Part shown: piece by piece, positions 10,321-19,785 of the stretch
Position numbering within the stretch: the first letter of the stretch is position 1
How the letters are laid out: each line of letters opens with the position of its first letter
From: Candidatus Taylorbacteria bacterium RIFCSPHIGHO2_01_FULL_46_22b
Lineage (GTDB): Bacteria > Patescibacteriota > Minisyncoccia > Phycocordibacterales > DSPV01
Direction: 5' to 3'
DNA length: 64,000 bases
Assembly: GCA_001820875.1 (NCBI GenBank)
Contig: MHRF01000004.1
Location: 17,434 to 81,433 of the forward strand
Made by a program: the position numbers and the translations under genes
The notes under the pieces: model-generated
The model's input: the letters and a program-made list of their open reading frames with translations, nothing else
Database searches by the model: none
Told to the model about the DNA's origin: nothing

Positions 10321-11097
10321 ATGGAACCACAGATAAAAAAGAGCCGAAGAACATTATTCATCATCATACTCTGCATCTTCGTGCTTGGTATCGGAGGCAG
10401 TATTAACTTCATGACGGGAAGCCAAAAAGTCGGCACCGTATTAGTCCATTATATGGACGACCAAGCAAAAGTGTTTATAGACAACGATCGCCAAAAACTT
10501 CCTGTGATAAACGGAACTCAAACGATTCGTGTTCGCGCGGGAGTGCGAGATGTCCTTGTGTCAAAAGAAAATCACTGGCCGTGGCTCAAACAAATCACTG
10601 TAGAAAGTGCCAAAACGAGCGAACTTTCCCCCTTTCTATTCCCCAAAAATCCTTCTCTTGCGGAAATTACCGGAGATGATCCCGAGTATGATCTGCTTAT
10701 GCGTATGGCAAAACAAAACACATTTCCCTCATCTCCACAGATGCTTATATCGGCGGACGGGACCATGACTGTTTGGAATACGGGACAAACCCTATACGCC
10801 CGTTTTCTTTCTTCCAAAACTCCACCTGCATTTTTCTGTATAAAAGAATGCCAGACTGAAATCAGTTTTCTTCAGGCCAAAGCTCCGATCAGTGATATCG
10901 AATTCTTAGGCGCACGAAATGATGTTGTTCTTGCAGTAATTGGAAGTGACTTGTATGCGCTTGAAATTGATCCTCGTCCCGTCCAAAATTTCCAACCTAT
11001 TTATAGGGGAAGTGCACCGCTCTTTACCCAAACAGCTGAAGGAATCATTTATCTCTTAGACGGAAATCGTCTCTATCAGCTTACTAATAGCAACTAA
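10321..11097 (+). CDS. Membrane-anchored protein with PEGA-like domain
   Basis: N-terminal TM; AKVFID...VSKENHWPWLKQITV pattern. Confidence 0.6.
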   Translation: MEPQIKKSRRTLFIIILCIFVLGIGGSINFMTGSQKVGTVLVHYMDDQAKVFIDNDRQKLPVINGTQTIRVRAGVRDVLVSKENHWPWLKQITVESAKTSELSPFLFPKNPSLAEITGDDPEYDLLMRMAKQNTFPSSPQMLISADGTMTVWNTGQTLYARFLSSKTPPAFFCIKECQTEISFLQAKAPISDIEFLGARNDVVLAVIGSDLYALEIDPRPVQNFQPIYRGSAPLFTQTAEGIIYLLDGNRLYQLTNSN

Positions 11098-12959
11098 TGA
11101 AGCTTGTCAGCGTCCTTCCGCTCGATAAAACAGTCCGCGCGGAAACACTCACTTATTTTAGTGCACTCGAGGTTGCCGAGGGAGATCTCGTTGCAATACC
11201 ATTTCGGAAAAAAATTCTGCACGCGCTAGTTACTTCGGTTCAAGACGCGCGTGCAGAAAAAGCATCGATAAAATCATCAAAGATCGGACTGCGAAAAATA
11301 TCTCGTATCATCCGCCACCACCCTTTTCCTGATGCGCTAATTGTCGCAGCAAGACGCACCGCTGAATTTTATGCTACCGATACGGGAAGCGTGCTTTCTG
11401 CGGTAATACCCACTGGAATATACAAATCCGGAATGACCCAAGACCCAATTCGCCCTCGCGCAAACAATGAAACACTCGTGATCCAGACTGATGACGAAGA
11501 TCGGTATACACAATACCGCACACTCGTGCGTGAAGCATTCCATCGTAATGAGTCAATTCTCATTCTAGTACCTACGATTCAGGACGCCCAGACAACTCAT
11601 GCGGCGATTTCCAAAGGAATTGAAACCTACGCACTTGTACTGCACAGCGACATATCATCACGAGAACTCTCAAAAGAGCTTAAAAAAATTCAGGAAGAAA
11701 ACCATCCTCTGTTAGTAATAAGCACTCCGGGATTTTTTGCCGGCATGCCGCCTCGTACCAGCATTCTTATTATTGAACAAGAGCACGCGACTGCATACAA
11801 GCAGATGATGCGCCCGTTTATTGATTTTCGTTTTTTTGCGGAACAATTTGCGCGTGAAGCTAAAATCACTCTTGTGCGCGCTGACGCGCTTCTGTCGGTC
11901 GAGACCATACAACAACTTGAAGCAGAAACGTATCATGAACTTATCCCGCTTAAATGGCGTAGCGCAAGTAAAGCGTCCTCTAAACTTGTTGATATGGCAG
12001 CATACAAACCAAACCTGCGGGGACATATCCGATCAATCAGCGCCGAGCTTGAAGCTCTCGTAGCGCACACCCGAAGCACATCGGATCATCTGTTTATATT
12101 TGCGGGACGCAAAGGGCTGGCTCCTCTAACTATTTGCGGTGACTGTGGCACCTTGTTGACCTGCGATCGCTGTAAATCTCCCCTCATACTTCACAAAGCT
12201 GGCACGAATCGAAAATACATTTGCCGGCGCTGTGGAAAGGAAAAAGACGCACATGTTCGCTGTACACATTGCACCAGCTGGAAATTGGTGCCTCTGGGCA
12301 TTGGGACGGAATTGATTGAAGAAGAATTGCAAAAATTGTTTCCTAAACTTTCGCTTTTTCGTGTTGATCACCAAACGGTAACTCGACGAAAACAAGTGCG
12401 CGAATTGGTGCACTCTTTCTACGAAACCCCAGGGAGCGTACTCGTGGGAACAGAATTTGCTATCCCCTATCTTGATAAACCAATCGGCAATGTTGCAGTC
12501 GCATCCATAGATGAACTCTTTTCCATACCTGATTTCAGAATACATGAACGTATCATCTATCGCTTGCTTGCACTTCGTTCGCTTGCTGAACGAATATTCT
12601 TAATCCAAACTCGGCACAAAGAGCATCCCTTGATCAGTGCAGTGCTCGGAGGAAATATCAGCTCTTTTTATCAGGAAGAACTCTCTATGCGAAAAGCTCT
12701 TTCATATCCCCCATTTTCTGTCCTCATAAAACTGACTGTCTTGAAACAAAAACGTGCCGACTTGGACGCCCTCATCCAAGCAATCGCGCCCTATGAATGC
12801 GAGCTATTCCCTATGTCAATTGTCAGAAAAGGAAAAATATTCACTTCCGGTATCGTAAAAATACCTCGCAAAAATTGGCCTGATCAGCGAATGCAACAAA
12901 TCTTGCGCGCCGCTCCTCTTTCTATTGAAATAGCAATCGATCCTGACACACTTTTATAA
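11097..12959 (+). CDS. priA: Primosomal protein N' (helicase-degenerate)
   Basis: LTY..GDLVAIPF 3'-binding domain, four CxxC, GIGTE, LVGT and LSYPPF motifs. Confidence 0.88.
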   Translation: MKLVSVLPLDKTVRAETLTYFSALEVAEGDLVAIPFRKKILHALVTSVQDARAEKASIKSSKIGLRKISRIIRHHPFPDALIVAARRTAEFYATDTGSVLSAVIPTGIYKSGMTQDPIRPRANNETLVIQTDDEDRYTQYRTLVREAFHRNESILILVPTIQDAQTTHAAISKGIETYALVLHSDISSRELSKELKKIQEENHPLLVISTPGFFAGMPPRTSILIIEQEHATAYKQMMRPFIDFRFFAEQFAREAKITLVRADALLSVETIQQLEAETYHELIPLKWRSASKASSKLVDMAAYKPNLRGHIRSISAELEALVAHTRSTSDHLFIFAGRKGLAPLTICGDCGTLLTCDRCKSPLILHKAGTNRKYICRRCGKEKDAHVRCTHCTSWKLVPLGIGTELIEEELQKLFPKLSLFRVDHQTVTRRKQVRELVHSFYETPGSVLVGTEFAIPYLDKPIGNVAVASIDELFSIPDFRIHERIIYRLLALRSLAERIFLIQTRHKEHPLISAVLGGNISSFYQEELSMRKALSYPPFSVLIKLTVLKQKRADLDALIQAIAPYECELFPMSIVRKGKIFTSGIVKIPRKNWPDQRMQQILRAAPLSIEIAIDPDTLL

Positions 12960-13136
12960 AGGGTATTCACCGGCAGGGCTTGCCCCGCGTGTGGTGCGCG
13001 CACATCACCCGCCCCAAGGGGCGTGGTATTATACCCTGTGTTACCGTCCTAGCTCGGGAGATAAAAAGAGGATACTCTTTCTCTCCGCTCGTTCGCTAGG
13101 TAATAAAGACCTGCAACTCCGTGTATAATTAACACC

Positions 13137-13676
13137 ATGGCCGAAATCGTTCAAAGAGAGAATATCGTTCTGCGGCAAAAAGCTTCACCTGTGCCGCAAA
13201 AAAATATCAATTCGCCAAGAATAAAGCGGATTATATCTGCGATGAAGACTGCGCTTGATTCGCAACAAGACGGCATTGCCATTGCGGCTCCACAAATCGG
13301 AGAGAGCGTACGGATTTTTATTGTTTCCGAAAAAGTGTTTGATTTATCAGAGAGCGTTGAAGCTCGACAAGAGCAACAAGAGTCTCTTAATCCGGAGAAA
13401 TACCAAAAACTTGTTTTTATCAATCCCACTATCACGCGCCTGTCACGAACCAAGGAATTTATGGAGGAAGGATGTCTTTCTGTACGGTGGTTATATGGGA
13501 AAGTGAAACGATCGACCAAAGCAACCGTGCGCGCGTATGATGAGAAAGGAGAACTGTTTGAACGTGGCGCAAGCGGCATTCTTGCACAAGTATTCCAGCA
13601 TGAAATTGACCATTTAGACGGGGTTCTGTTTATTGATAAAGCAATCGATGTAACCGAAATGAATCCGACCGAATAA
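13137..13676 (+). CDS. def: Peptide deformylase
   Basis: GIAIAAPQIG, EGCLS and QHEIDHLDG motifs. Confidence 0.97.
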   Translation: MAEIVQRENIVLRQKASPVPQKNINSPRIKRIISAMKTALDSQQDGIAIAAPQIGESVRIFIVSEKVFDLSESVEARQEQQESLNPEKYQKLVFINPTITRLSRTKEFMEEGCLSVRWLYGKVKRSTKATVRAYDEKGELFERGASGILAQVFQHEIDHLDGVLFIDKAIDVTEMNPTE

Positions 13677-13681
13677 TCTCC

Positions 13682-14539
13682 ATGAATCCACGCATTGTTT
13701 TTTTTGGAAACTCAAAATACTCGGTCATTGACGCAGAGGCCTTACATGCGCGTTTTACACTTACCGCCGCGGTTACCCTCCCCGATTATATTGATAAGAA
13801 AAACACGAAAGTCGTGCAAAGCCCTGTTAAATTGTTTGCAAACACCCACACCATTCCCGTACTTGAAGTTCAAAAAATTACCGCCGAAATAATCGAAAAA
13901 ATAAAAGCTTACCAGCCTGACTTCCTAATAGTAGCCGACTACGGACTCATCCTTCCCGCTACTCTACTCTCAAGTCCGGTATACGCCTCGCTCAATGTGC
14001 ACCATTCCCTTCTGCCCAAATATCGAGGCCCAGCGCCCGCACCAGCAGCAATCTTAAATGGCGATGAAGTGGCGGGAGTGAGTATTATCGTCATGTCGAA
14101 ACAAGTCGATGCGGGCGACGTTCTTAAACAAGTGACCTATCGCTTAAAACAGGACGAAACAACTGACTCTCTTTTAACCAAACTGAATACATTAGGCGCG
14201 CAAGCAGTCATTGACGTTATCCAACAGTACCTATCGGGAACCGCTTCTCCTGAAAAACAAGACGAATCTCAAGCAAGCCACACCACATACATGAAGCGCT
14301 CTGATGGGTTAATCTCGCTTACTGACTCTCCCATACTTAATTGGAGGAAAATCAGAGCGTATGGAGAATGGCCCGGAACTTATTTTATTGCAAAACGAAA
14401 CGGATCCGAGATACGAGTAAAAATACGAGAAGCCAATTTTGCGGATGGAATTCTCTCTATTTTGCGTGTCATCCCAGAAAATAAAAAAGAAATGTCGTAC
14501 GAGGATTTCATGCGTGGCATGTCTTCCCAAAAAAAGTAA
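13682..14539 (+). CDS. fmt: Methionyl-tRNA formyltransferase
   Basis: LNVHHSLLPKYRG and VDAGD motifs; follows def. Confidence 0.93.
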   Translation: MNPRIVFFGNSKYSVIDAEALHARFTLTAAVTLPDYIDKKNTKVVQSPVKLFANTHTIPVLEVQKITAEIIEKIKAYQPDFLIVADYGLILPATLLSSPVYASLNVHHSLLPKYRGPAPAPAAILNGDEVAGVSIIVMSKQVDAGDVLKQVTYRLKQDETTDSLLTKLNTLGAQAVIDVIQQYLSGTASPEKQDESQASHTTYMKRSDGLISLTDSPILNWRKIRAYGEWPGTYFIAKRNGSEIRVKIREANFADGILSILRVIPENKKEMSYEDFMRGMSSQKK

Positions 14540-14544
14540 AACTC

Positions 14545-14733
14545 TTAACGCCGATTGCGATACGGATATTGCAGTTCAGCGGTTTCAGCCGTAAGTGATG
14601 CCGACTCGTACCACCCTTCAGCTACCGCATTAATTCTGGTGGCAAAATTGAATATCCACGCAGTGCCAATAGCCAAAATAAGCAAACAGAGCAACGAGGT
14701 AACATTTGAAAGACGGCGTGTTAAATGTCCCAT
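14545..14733 (-). CDS. Small hypothetical membrane protein
   Basis: 62 aa, one TM; fills the gap after hpf. Confidence 0.5.
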   Translation of the reverse strand: MGHLTRRLSNVTSLLCLLILAIGTAWIFNFATRINAVAEGWYESASLTAETAELQYPYRNRR

Positions 14734-14751
14734 AGCAAGATTATTATTCCA

Positions 14752-15126
14752 TTAATTTCTCCACCACGGAAAACCCTTCAAAATTGCCTTCACTCGCTGT
14801 CCTCCACGGCGCACCAATGAAAGCCGTTTTTCTTTTTCAGAGCGTAATTCCTCCATCATCCGATCTTTGGCAGCGTCAATCGATGTGTACAAATCGCCAG
14901 TTTCTTCAACAGCGCGAAAATCACGATGGCCAGCATGCACGTTAATTTCTGCGCGATACACGTCCCCTGTCTGATGATGGGCACTTGTACGTCCGATTTC
15001 AACATCAACAATCGCCGATTCAAACTCATGCGAAGTTAATTTCTCAAACGCGGACAACCGCTTCTCCAGATAAGCTGAAATATCAGGGGTCAGGGTGAGA
15101 TTAGTTGTTTTAATATTAATTTTCAT
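14752..15126 (-). CDS. hpf: Ribosome hibernation factor HPF/RaiA
   Basis: MKINIKTTNLTLTPDISAYLEKRL...DLYTSID; start set at ATG 15126. Confidence 0.9.
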   Translation of the reverse strand: MKINIKTTNLTLTPDISAYLEKRLSAFEKLTSHEFESAIVDVEIGRTSAHHQTGDVYRAEINVHAGHRDFRAVEETGDLYTSIDAAKDRMMEELRSEKEKRLSLVRRGGQRVKAILKGFPWWRN

Positions 15127-15148
15127 GCCATTAGTATATACCAGAATA

Positions 15149-15379
15149 TCATTTGATGGGAGTGATGGTAAATAGTTTCGATGGACGATCCTTTCCTCGC
15201 ACAAAACGAACATTGAACTTTGCTCCAAAATAATCCTGTAGTAAAACAAGTATTTGCCTGTTTGCTTTCCCACCACGGGCTGGCTCTCGGACAGAGACAT
15301 GGAGGGTATCAGCAGATACTTGTTTCAGTACCTCCCGCTTTGCCGAAGCCGTGACTTTTACTTTGATATGCACGGACAA
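15149..15379 (-). CDS. DUF167 (YggU-like) protein
   Basis: VKV..SAK..., V.EPA..GKAN motif. Confidence 0.8.
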   Translation of the reverse strand: MSVHIKVKVTASAKREVLKQVSADTLHVSVREPARGGKANRQILVLLQDYFGAKFNVRFVRGKDRPSKLFTITPIK

Positions 15380-15386
15380 GCGAAAA

Positions 15387-16043
15387 TTAAGACAACTGCT
15401 TAGGCGATTTTTCTAAAAACCAAGCTCGTTCTTTTTTAAATATCCATTCCGCTAAATGGAAGATGCTGTACGTAATGAAAAATGCTGAAAAAACGTCAAT
15501 GGAGTAATGCAAGTGCGTCATCAGGACAACCGCCCCAAACACAATCGACGAAGCAAGGAAGATGATGCGCAACTTAACTTGTCGCCAGAAGATAAGTGCC
15601 ATTAAAAAAGGCAGACCGGTATGTCCCGAGAAAAATAAATCTCCACCAAAAGTAAATTTTTGTATCAGATCGCTTTCAATTTCAACTCTTGTAGGAAATT
15701 GGCCGATATGAGTCAAATTGATAAATCCTGCGCGGATAATAATAAAAAGAGAGATGCTATGCAGTGTAAAAGGAATTTTCTTTATATCCCACACACACAC
15801 GAAACAAACAAATATCCAGAGTGCAATTGCTCCGTATACAAAAATACCATCGAGATCAAAAACAGGTATATTACTTAAAATAAGATCCGTCACCGGACTG
15901 CTCTCCCGACGAGTCGCATATGTTCCCGCGTAATAATTAATGACAAAACTGACAAGTAAAAGTGCGATAGACAATATAGTTGTCCACACGAATTTCTTAT
16001 CTTTTACATAAAGACTATTCTCTCGAATCCATTTCTGTAACAT
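15387..16043 (-). CDS. PAP2-related (sphingomyelin synthase-like) membrane protein
   Basis: DLFFSGHT and HYSIDV motifs. Confidence 0.85.
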   Translation of the reverse strand: MLQKWIRENSLYVKDKKFVWTTILSIALLLVSFVINYYAGTYATRRESSPVTDLILSNIPVFDLDGIFVYGAIALWIFVCFVCVWDIKKIPFTLHSISLFIIIRAGFINLTHIGQFPTRVEIESDLIQKFTFGGDLFFSGHTGLPFLMALIFWRQVKLRIIFLASSIVFGAVVLMTHLHYSIDVFSAFFITYSIFHLAEWIFKKERAWFLEKSPKQLS

Positions 16044-16113
16044 GGCTAGCCATATGCCTATAATCGCAAAGTTAAGCCACTTCAGTGTATCACATCCATA
16101 ACAACAACCAACT

Positions 16114-16839
16114 CTACCTTATATCAGAATACCGCTTGGTAATTGGACGATGAAAAATAAGTTCCGCAGCAGCATTAATAGCGTATAAAAATGCGCTGCG
16201 CCACAACCCCTGTCCAATAAGTCGCCGGCCGGAAGTGTGCATAATAAACCCCAGATCAAAACGCATCTTTCCAAATTGGTGTGCTCTTCGCGCCAAATTG
16301 GTATCATCGCCGAAAAAAGCAATCGACGTATCAATACCTCCCATTTGGAGAAGCGTGTCTCTTCGAATAACTACATTACCAAACACGGCCACTGAATGAC
16401 TGACCAGATACACGGGAAACGCAAGTATCCGCCAATAGATCCACACCAATACTTTTTGAAAACTTGATATATCGTAATATCGATAGGGACCACTCAAACA
16501 TACGAGTTTGGTGTCATGGGTAAATTTCTGTAATGCATAATCTCCCCACTTTTCAGGCATCAAAGTATCAGCGTCGATAAATGCGACTAGATCCCCTTTT
16601 GATTCCTGTACACCCCGGGCGCGGGCAAACATGGGGCCCTTGCGCTCTTCCGTTACCACTCGAACTCCGAGAACACTTGTGGCAATTTCGCGGGTGCGAT
16701 CAGTGCTTGCATTGTCAACAACAATAATTTCAAGAAAAGGGCTGCGGGATCTCACCGCGTGCGCCAAACATGCACCAATGTATTTCTCCTCATTGAATGC
16801 TGGAATAATGAGGCTTATGGTCGGTATCTTTTGATTCAT
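16114..16839 (-). CDS. Glycosyltransferase family 2
   Basis: IIPAFNEE, VDNASTD and FIDAD motifs. Confidence 0.9.
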   Translation of the reverse strand: MNQKIPTISLIIPAFNEEKYIGACLAHAVRSRSPFLEIIVVDNASTDRTREIATSVLGVRVVTEERKGPMFARARGVQESKGDLVAFIDADTLMPEKWGDYALQKFTHDTKLVCLSGPYRYYDISSFQKVLVWIYWRILAFPVYLVSHSVAVFGNVVIRRDTLLQMGGIDTSIAFFGDDTNLARRAHQFGKMRFDLGFIMHTSGRRLIGQGLWRSAFLYAINAAAELIFHRPITKRYSDIR

Positions 16840-16912
16840 ACGCGGGTTGTAAGAAGTATATCATGCGGTATGCACGCTTTCTTATTAGACTGATTCGTCC
16901 TACAATTGAGAC

Positions 16913-17512
16913 ATGCCTCCTCCAGAATTAATGGATCATATTGCTGCATTCAGCGATCAGTATAAATATCTTTTGATTTTTCTTGCGACAATTTTCCAAG
17001 GACCCGTAGTCATGATGGTCAGCGGTTTTATGCTACACCTCGGATTAGTAGACTTTTTTACTGTCTGTATAGTTTTAATACTCGGAGATCTCACTGCAGA
17101 CGTTGTGTGGTATATTGTCGGCCGATCTTTTGCCGCCCCGCTTATACGCAATTATGGATATTTGTTTAGCATTACTCCGGAACTGTTTGAGCGAACTGAA
17201 GGACTCTTCCAGAAATATCATGCCAAAATCTTAATTATTTCCAAACTCACTATGGGGCTCGGCGCCGCCATTGTCGTGCTTCTCGCGGCAGGGGCGACTC
17301 GAGTCCCCTTCAGAATCTACATACTCATCAATAGTATCTGCGAAATTCCGTTCATGCTACTTCTCTTTGGAATCGGCTACTTCTTTGGGTATCTCTATAA
17401 CTATGTCGCAGGAGGATTGAAAATTGCGTTTCTGCTTCTTATCGCAATAGCAATCTTTATGCTCTTGCGCGGTCTCGCCAAATTTATATGGCAGAAAGCT
17501 CTCAAAACATGA
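16913..17512 (+). CDS. DedA/VTT family membrane protein
   Basis: GDLTADVVWY.VGR, hydrophobic, DedA-like layout. Confidence 0.85.
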   Translation: MPPPELMDHIAAFSDQYKYLLIFLATIFQGPVVMMVSGFMLHLGLVDFFTVCIVLILGDLTADVVWYIVGRSFAAPLIRNYGYLFSITPELFERTEGLFQKYHAKILIISKLTMGLGAAIVVLLAAGATRVPFRIYILINSICEIPFMLLLFGIGYFFGYLYNYVAGGLKIAFLLLIAIAIFMLLRGLAKFIWQKALKT

Positions 17513-18231
17513 TTTCATTCATCATACCAACACGCAATGAAGAGAAGGTGCTCAAACAGCTGTGCGAAAATCTTCGGCAATATTCGGGATCGTGCGAAAT
17601 AATCGTTTCTGATGGTAACAGTACCGATCAGACACTTTCCATCGCGCGGCAACATGCAGACATAGTGATTACACACGAACAAGCGATCCGTCAAAACATT
17701 TCCGGTGGACGCAACGCTGGCGCAAAAGCCGCAAAGGGAGAATATCTCATTTTTATTGACGCGGATGTCACTATTCCTAACATTGATCACACAATCCAAA
17801 CCATCATTGACCGGTTCCAAAAAAACAGTACCATCGTTGGAATTACCGTTAAGCTTGCCGTGCTTCCGGAATGCGCCACATGGGCAGACAAACTCGTATA
17901 CCTCTACATAAACGCATCGGTAGTATTCTTTAACGACTGGCTCCATATCGGACACGCCCCCGGAGGTGAATTTCAAGCAATACGCTCGTCAGCATTCAAA
18001 ACGTTAGGAGGCTTCGACGAGCGTTTAGTTGCCGCCGAAGACATTGATATGTTCCGCCGACTGTCAAAAATCGGAAAAACGTATTTCGACCGCAGTGTCT
18101 TTGTATACCATACCGCGCGCCGCGCGCATGCAATCGGTTGGCCAAAACTTTTAATACAGTGGAGTGCAAATGCAATATCAGGGTGGCTGTTTAAACGATC
18201 TGTCAGCAAAGAATGGAAGGTAATTCGCTAA
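17509..18231 (+). CDS. Glycosyltransferase family 2
   Basis: IIPTRNEE, DGNSTD, FIDAD and GGFDE..AED motifs. Confidence 0.9.
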   Translation: MISFIIPTRNEEKVLKQLCENLRQYSGSCEIIVSDGNSTDQTLSIARQHADIVITHEQAIRQNISGGRNAGAKAAKGEYLIFIDADVTIPNIDHTIQTIIDRFQKNSTIVGITVKLAVLPECATWADKLVYLYINASVVFFNDWLHIGHAPGGEFQAIRSSAFKTLGGFDERLVAAEDIDMFRRLSKIGKTYFDRSVFVYHTARRAHAIGWPKLLIQWSANAISGWLFKRSVSKEWKVIR

Positions 18232-18246
18232 GAAAACTTTCAAATA

Positions 18247-19161
18247 CTAAAATAGCGAGACGAGATACTGATCAATTTCCCGCTGATCTAAATCATAGAA
18301 ATTCTTGTGTGCAGAATACAGTGTCGTTGCTAAACTTACTCCAACATACCGCCAGTGCCACGGTTCAAACTCATAGTAAGCATTTCCTTCTGGGTATGAA
18401 AGTACAAATCCGTACAAATGGGCATGATCGCGAAGCCACGGGTACGCGAGTGTGCCAGCAAACTTCTCAAATCCTGCACCGAGCTCTGTAGTGGTGAAAT
18501 CAACCGTAGTGCCAAGCTGATGCTCGGAATACCCCTGATCTGCAGAAAATTGGTTTGCCGTCCCCGATCCATAGACAAATTTGTATGTTGATTTAAGACT
18601 CGACTGTTCAGTAAACGAACGAAAAGCGGAAATCACTTGCAGGTGCATTCCATCTTGCGTAGCAGCTTGCAATAAACGCTGAAGGTGTGGCCAAACGTCT
18701 GCATGTATCTGAATGACTTTATTTTGTTGATGCACAAATGTGGATGTACTGATGTCGGTCAAAGATGCCGGTGCATAATTTTCATTCAAAAAGTAAACCT
18801 TTGAATATTTCGCGAGCAATTCTTTGTCAGTCTTGCTCAACTTATCCAGCACCCCCACGGTTCCCGTGATATTCTTCAGTTGAAAATCGAAGTAATCATT
18901 CTTTCCTTTTTCTGTGCTTAAATTCTGGGCAAGTTGAGCATTAGTCTGTCGTTCAGCTAAAAGCTGTCCCTCAAGACCAGCGACTCGTATCAAAAATTCA
19001 TTCGTTGAGGAAGCAAAATCTGCCTGCACAAATGCAAGTTTTTGCGAAAGACGGTAATAGCAGTATCCTCCCGCAGCAAGTGCCAAACCAAGCACTATAG
19101 CCGCGCCCGAAAGCACTTTCATAGGGGTCAACGCATGTCTTCCGATCTTCATAAATATCAT
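18247..19161 (-). CDS. M15B D-Ala-D-Ala carboxypeptidase (VanY-like) with TM and coiled coil
   Basis: SAFRS, SEHQLG..D and EPWHWRYVG motifs. Confidence 0.9.
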   Translation of the reverse strand: MIFMKIGRHALTPMKVLSGAAIVLGLALAAGGYCYYRLSQKLAFVQADFASSTNEFLIRVAGLEGQLLAERQTNAQLAQNLSTEKGKNDYFDFQLKNITGTVGVLDKLSKTDKELLAKYSKVYFLNENYAPASLTDISTSTFVHQQNKVIQIHADVWPHLQRLLQAATQDGMHLQVISAFRSFTEQSSLKSTYKFVYGSGTANQFSADQGYSEHQLGTTVDFTTTELGAGFEKFAGTLAYPWLRDHAHLYGFVLSYPEGNAYYEFEPWHWRYVGVSLATTLYSAHKNFYDLDQREIDQYLVSLF

Positions 19162-19191
19162 AGTAGCACATATCCCGTTGCGTCTGAACTT

Positions 19192-19229
19192 GCAACAAAA
19201 AACGCCCCGAGTGGGGCGTTTTTTGTTGC
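19192..19229. terminator. Intrinsic terminator after the cold-shock gene (symmetric A/T tails)
   Basis: gcaacaaaaaacgcccc-gagt-ggggcgttttttgttgc perfect inverted repeat. Confidence 0.8.
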
Positions 19230-19433
19230 TTAGGCCTTGTTGACTTTGACCGCGTTCGGTCCTTTCGGACTGTCCGCGACTTCAAAAGTCACTTTATCGC
19301 CTTCACGAAGTTCTTCGATTTTAACATTCTGGAGCTCGTTCGAGTGAAAAAAGAGATCTTTTCCCCCGCTCGTTCTCTTGATGAAACCGAAACCCTTGTC
19401 AGCAATAATGCGAGCAATTGTTCCTTCCTCCAT
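19230..19433 (-). CDS. Cold-shock domain protein
   Basis: KGFGFI, LFFH and KGPNA motifs. Confidence 0.95.
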   Translation of the reverse strand: MEEGTIARIIADKGFGFIKRTSGGKDLFFHSNELQNVKIEELREGDKVTFEVADSPKGPNAVKVNKA

Positions 19434-19627
19434 AAGAATAGATTTTAGTTGGAATCACGCTAGTAATACATCAAGCAGTGGGCTTAAAACGAGACTCGAT
19501 CCTGCTTCTCGAACTTAGCGCTGTATTGATAATAGAAGAATAGCATATACCGAATATATTGTCAAGGATTCTGTACTAAGTTATCAACATCCCCTATTCC
19601 CCTAAGAATAAAGGCTTAAAAATGAGC

Positions 19628-19783
19628 TTAGACTTTAGAGAGGCAGACAACGCAAGAAGTCTGGTTCTCACGCGTTTTGAGATATTTTGCCCCGCACAGA
19701 CAGGTCAAAATCTTGGATATTGTTTTCTGATATACCCATTTGCCATACCCATACGATCGTTTTTGTCTGGGTTTCTGATCCAT
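19628..19783 (-). CDS. Small putative zinc-binding protein (51 aa; not in the ORF track)
   Basis: MDQKPRQKRSYGYGKWVYQKTISKILTCLCGAKYLKTRENQTSCVVCLSKV*; ATG 2 nt after the helicase stop; CxC...CxxC. Confidence 0.6.
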   Translation of the reverse strand: MDQKPRQKRSYGYGKWVYQKTISKILTCLCGAKYLKTRENQTSCVVCLSKV

Positions 19784-19785
19784 AA

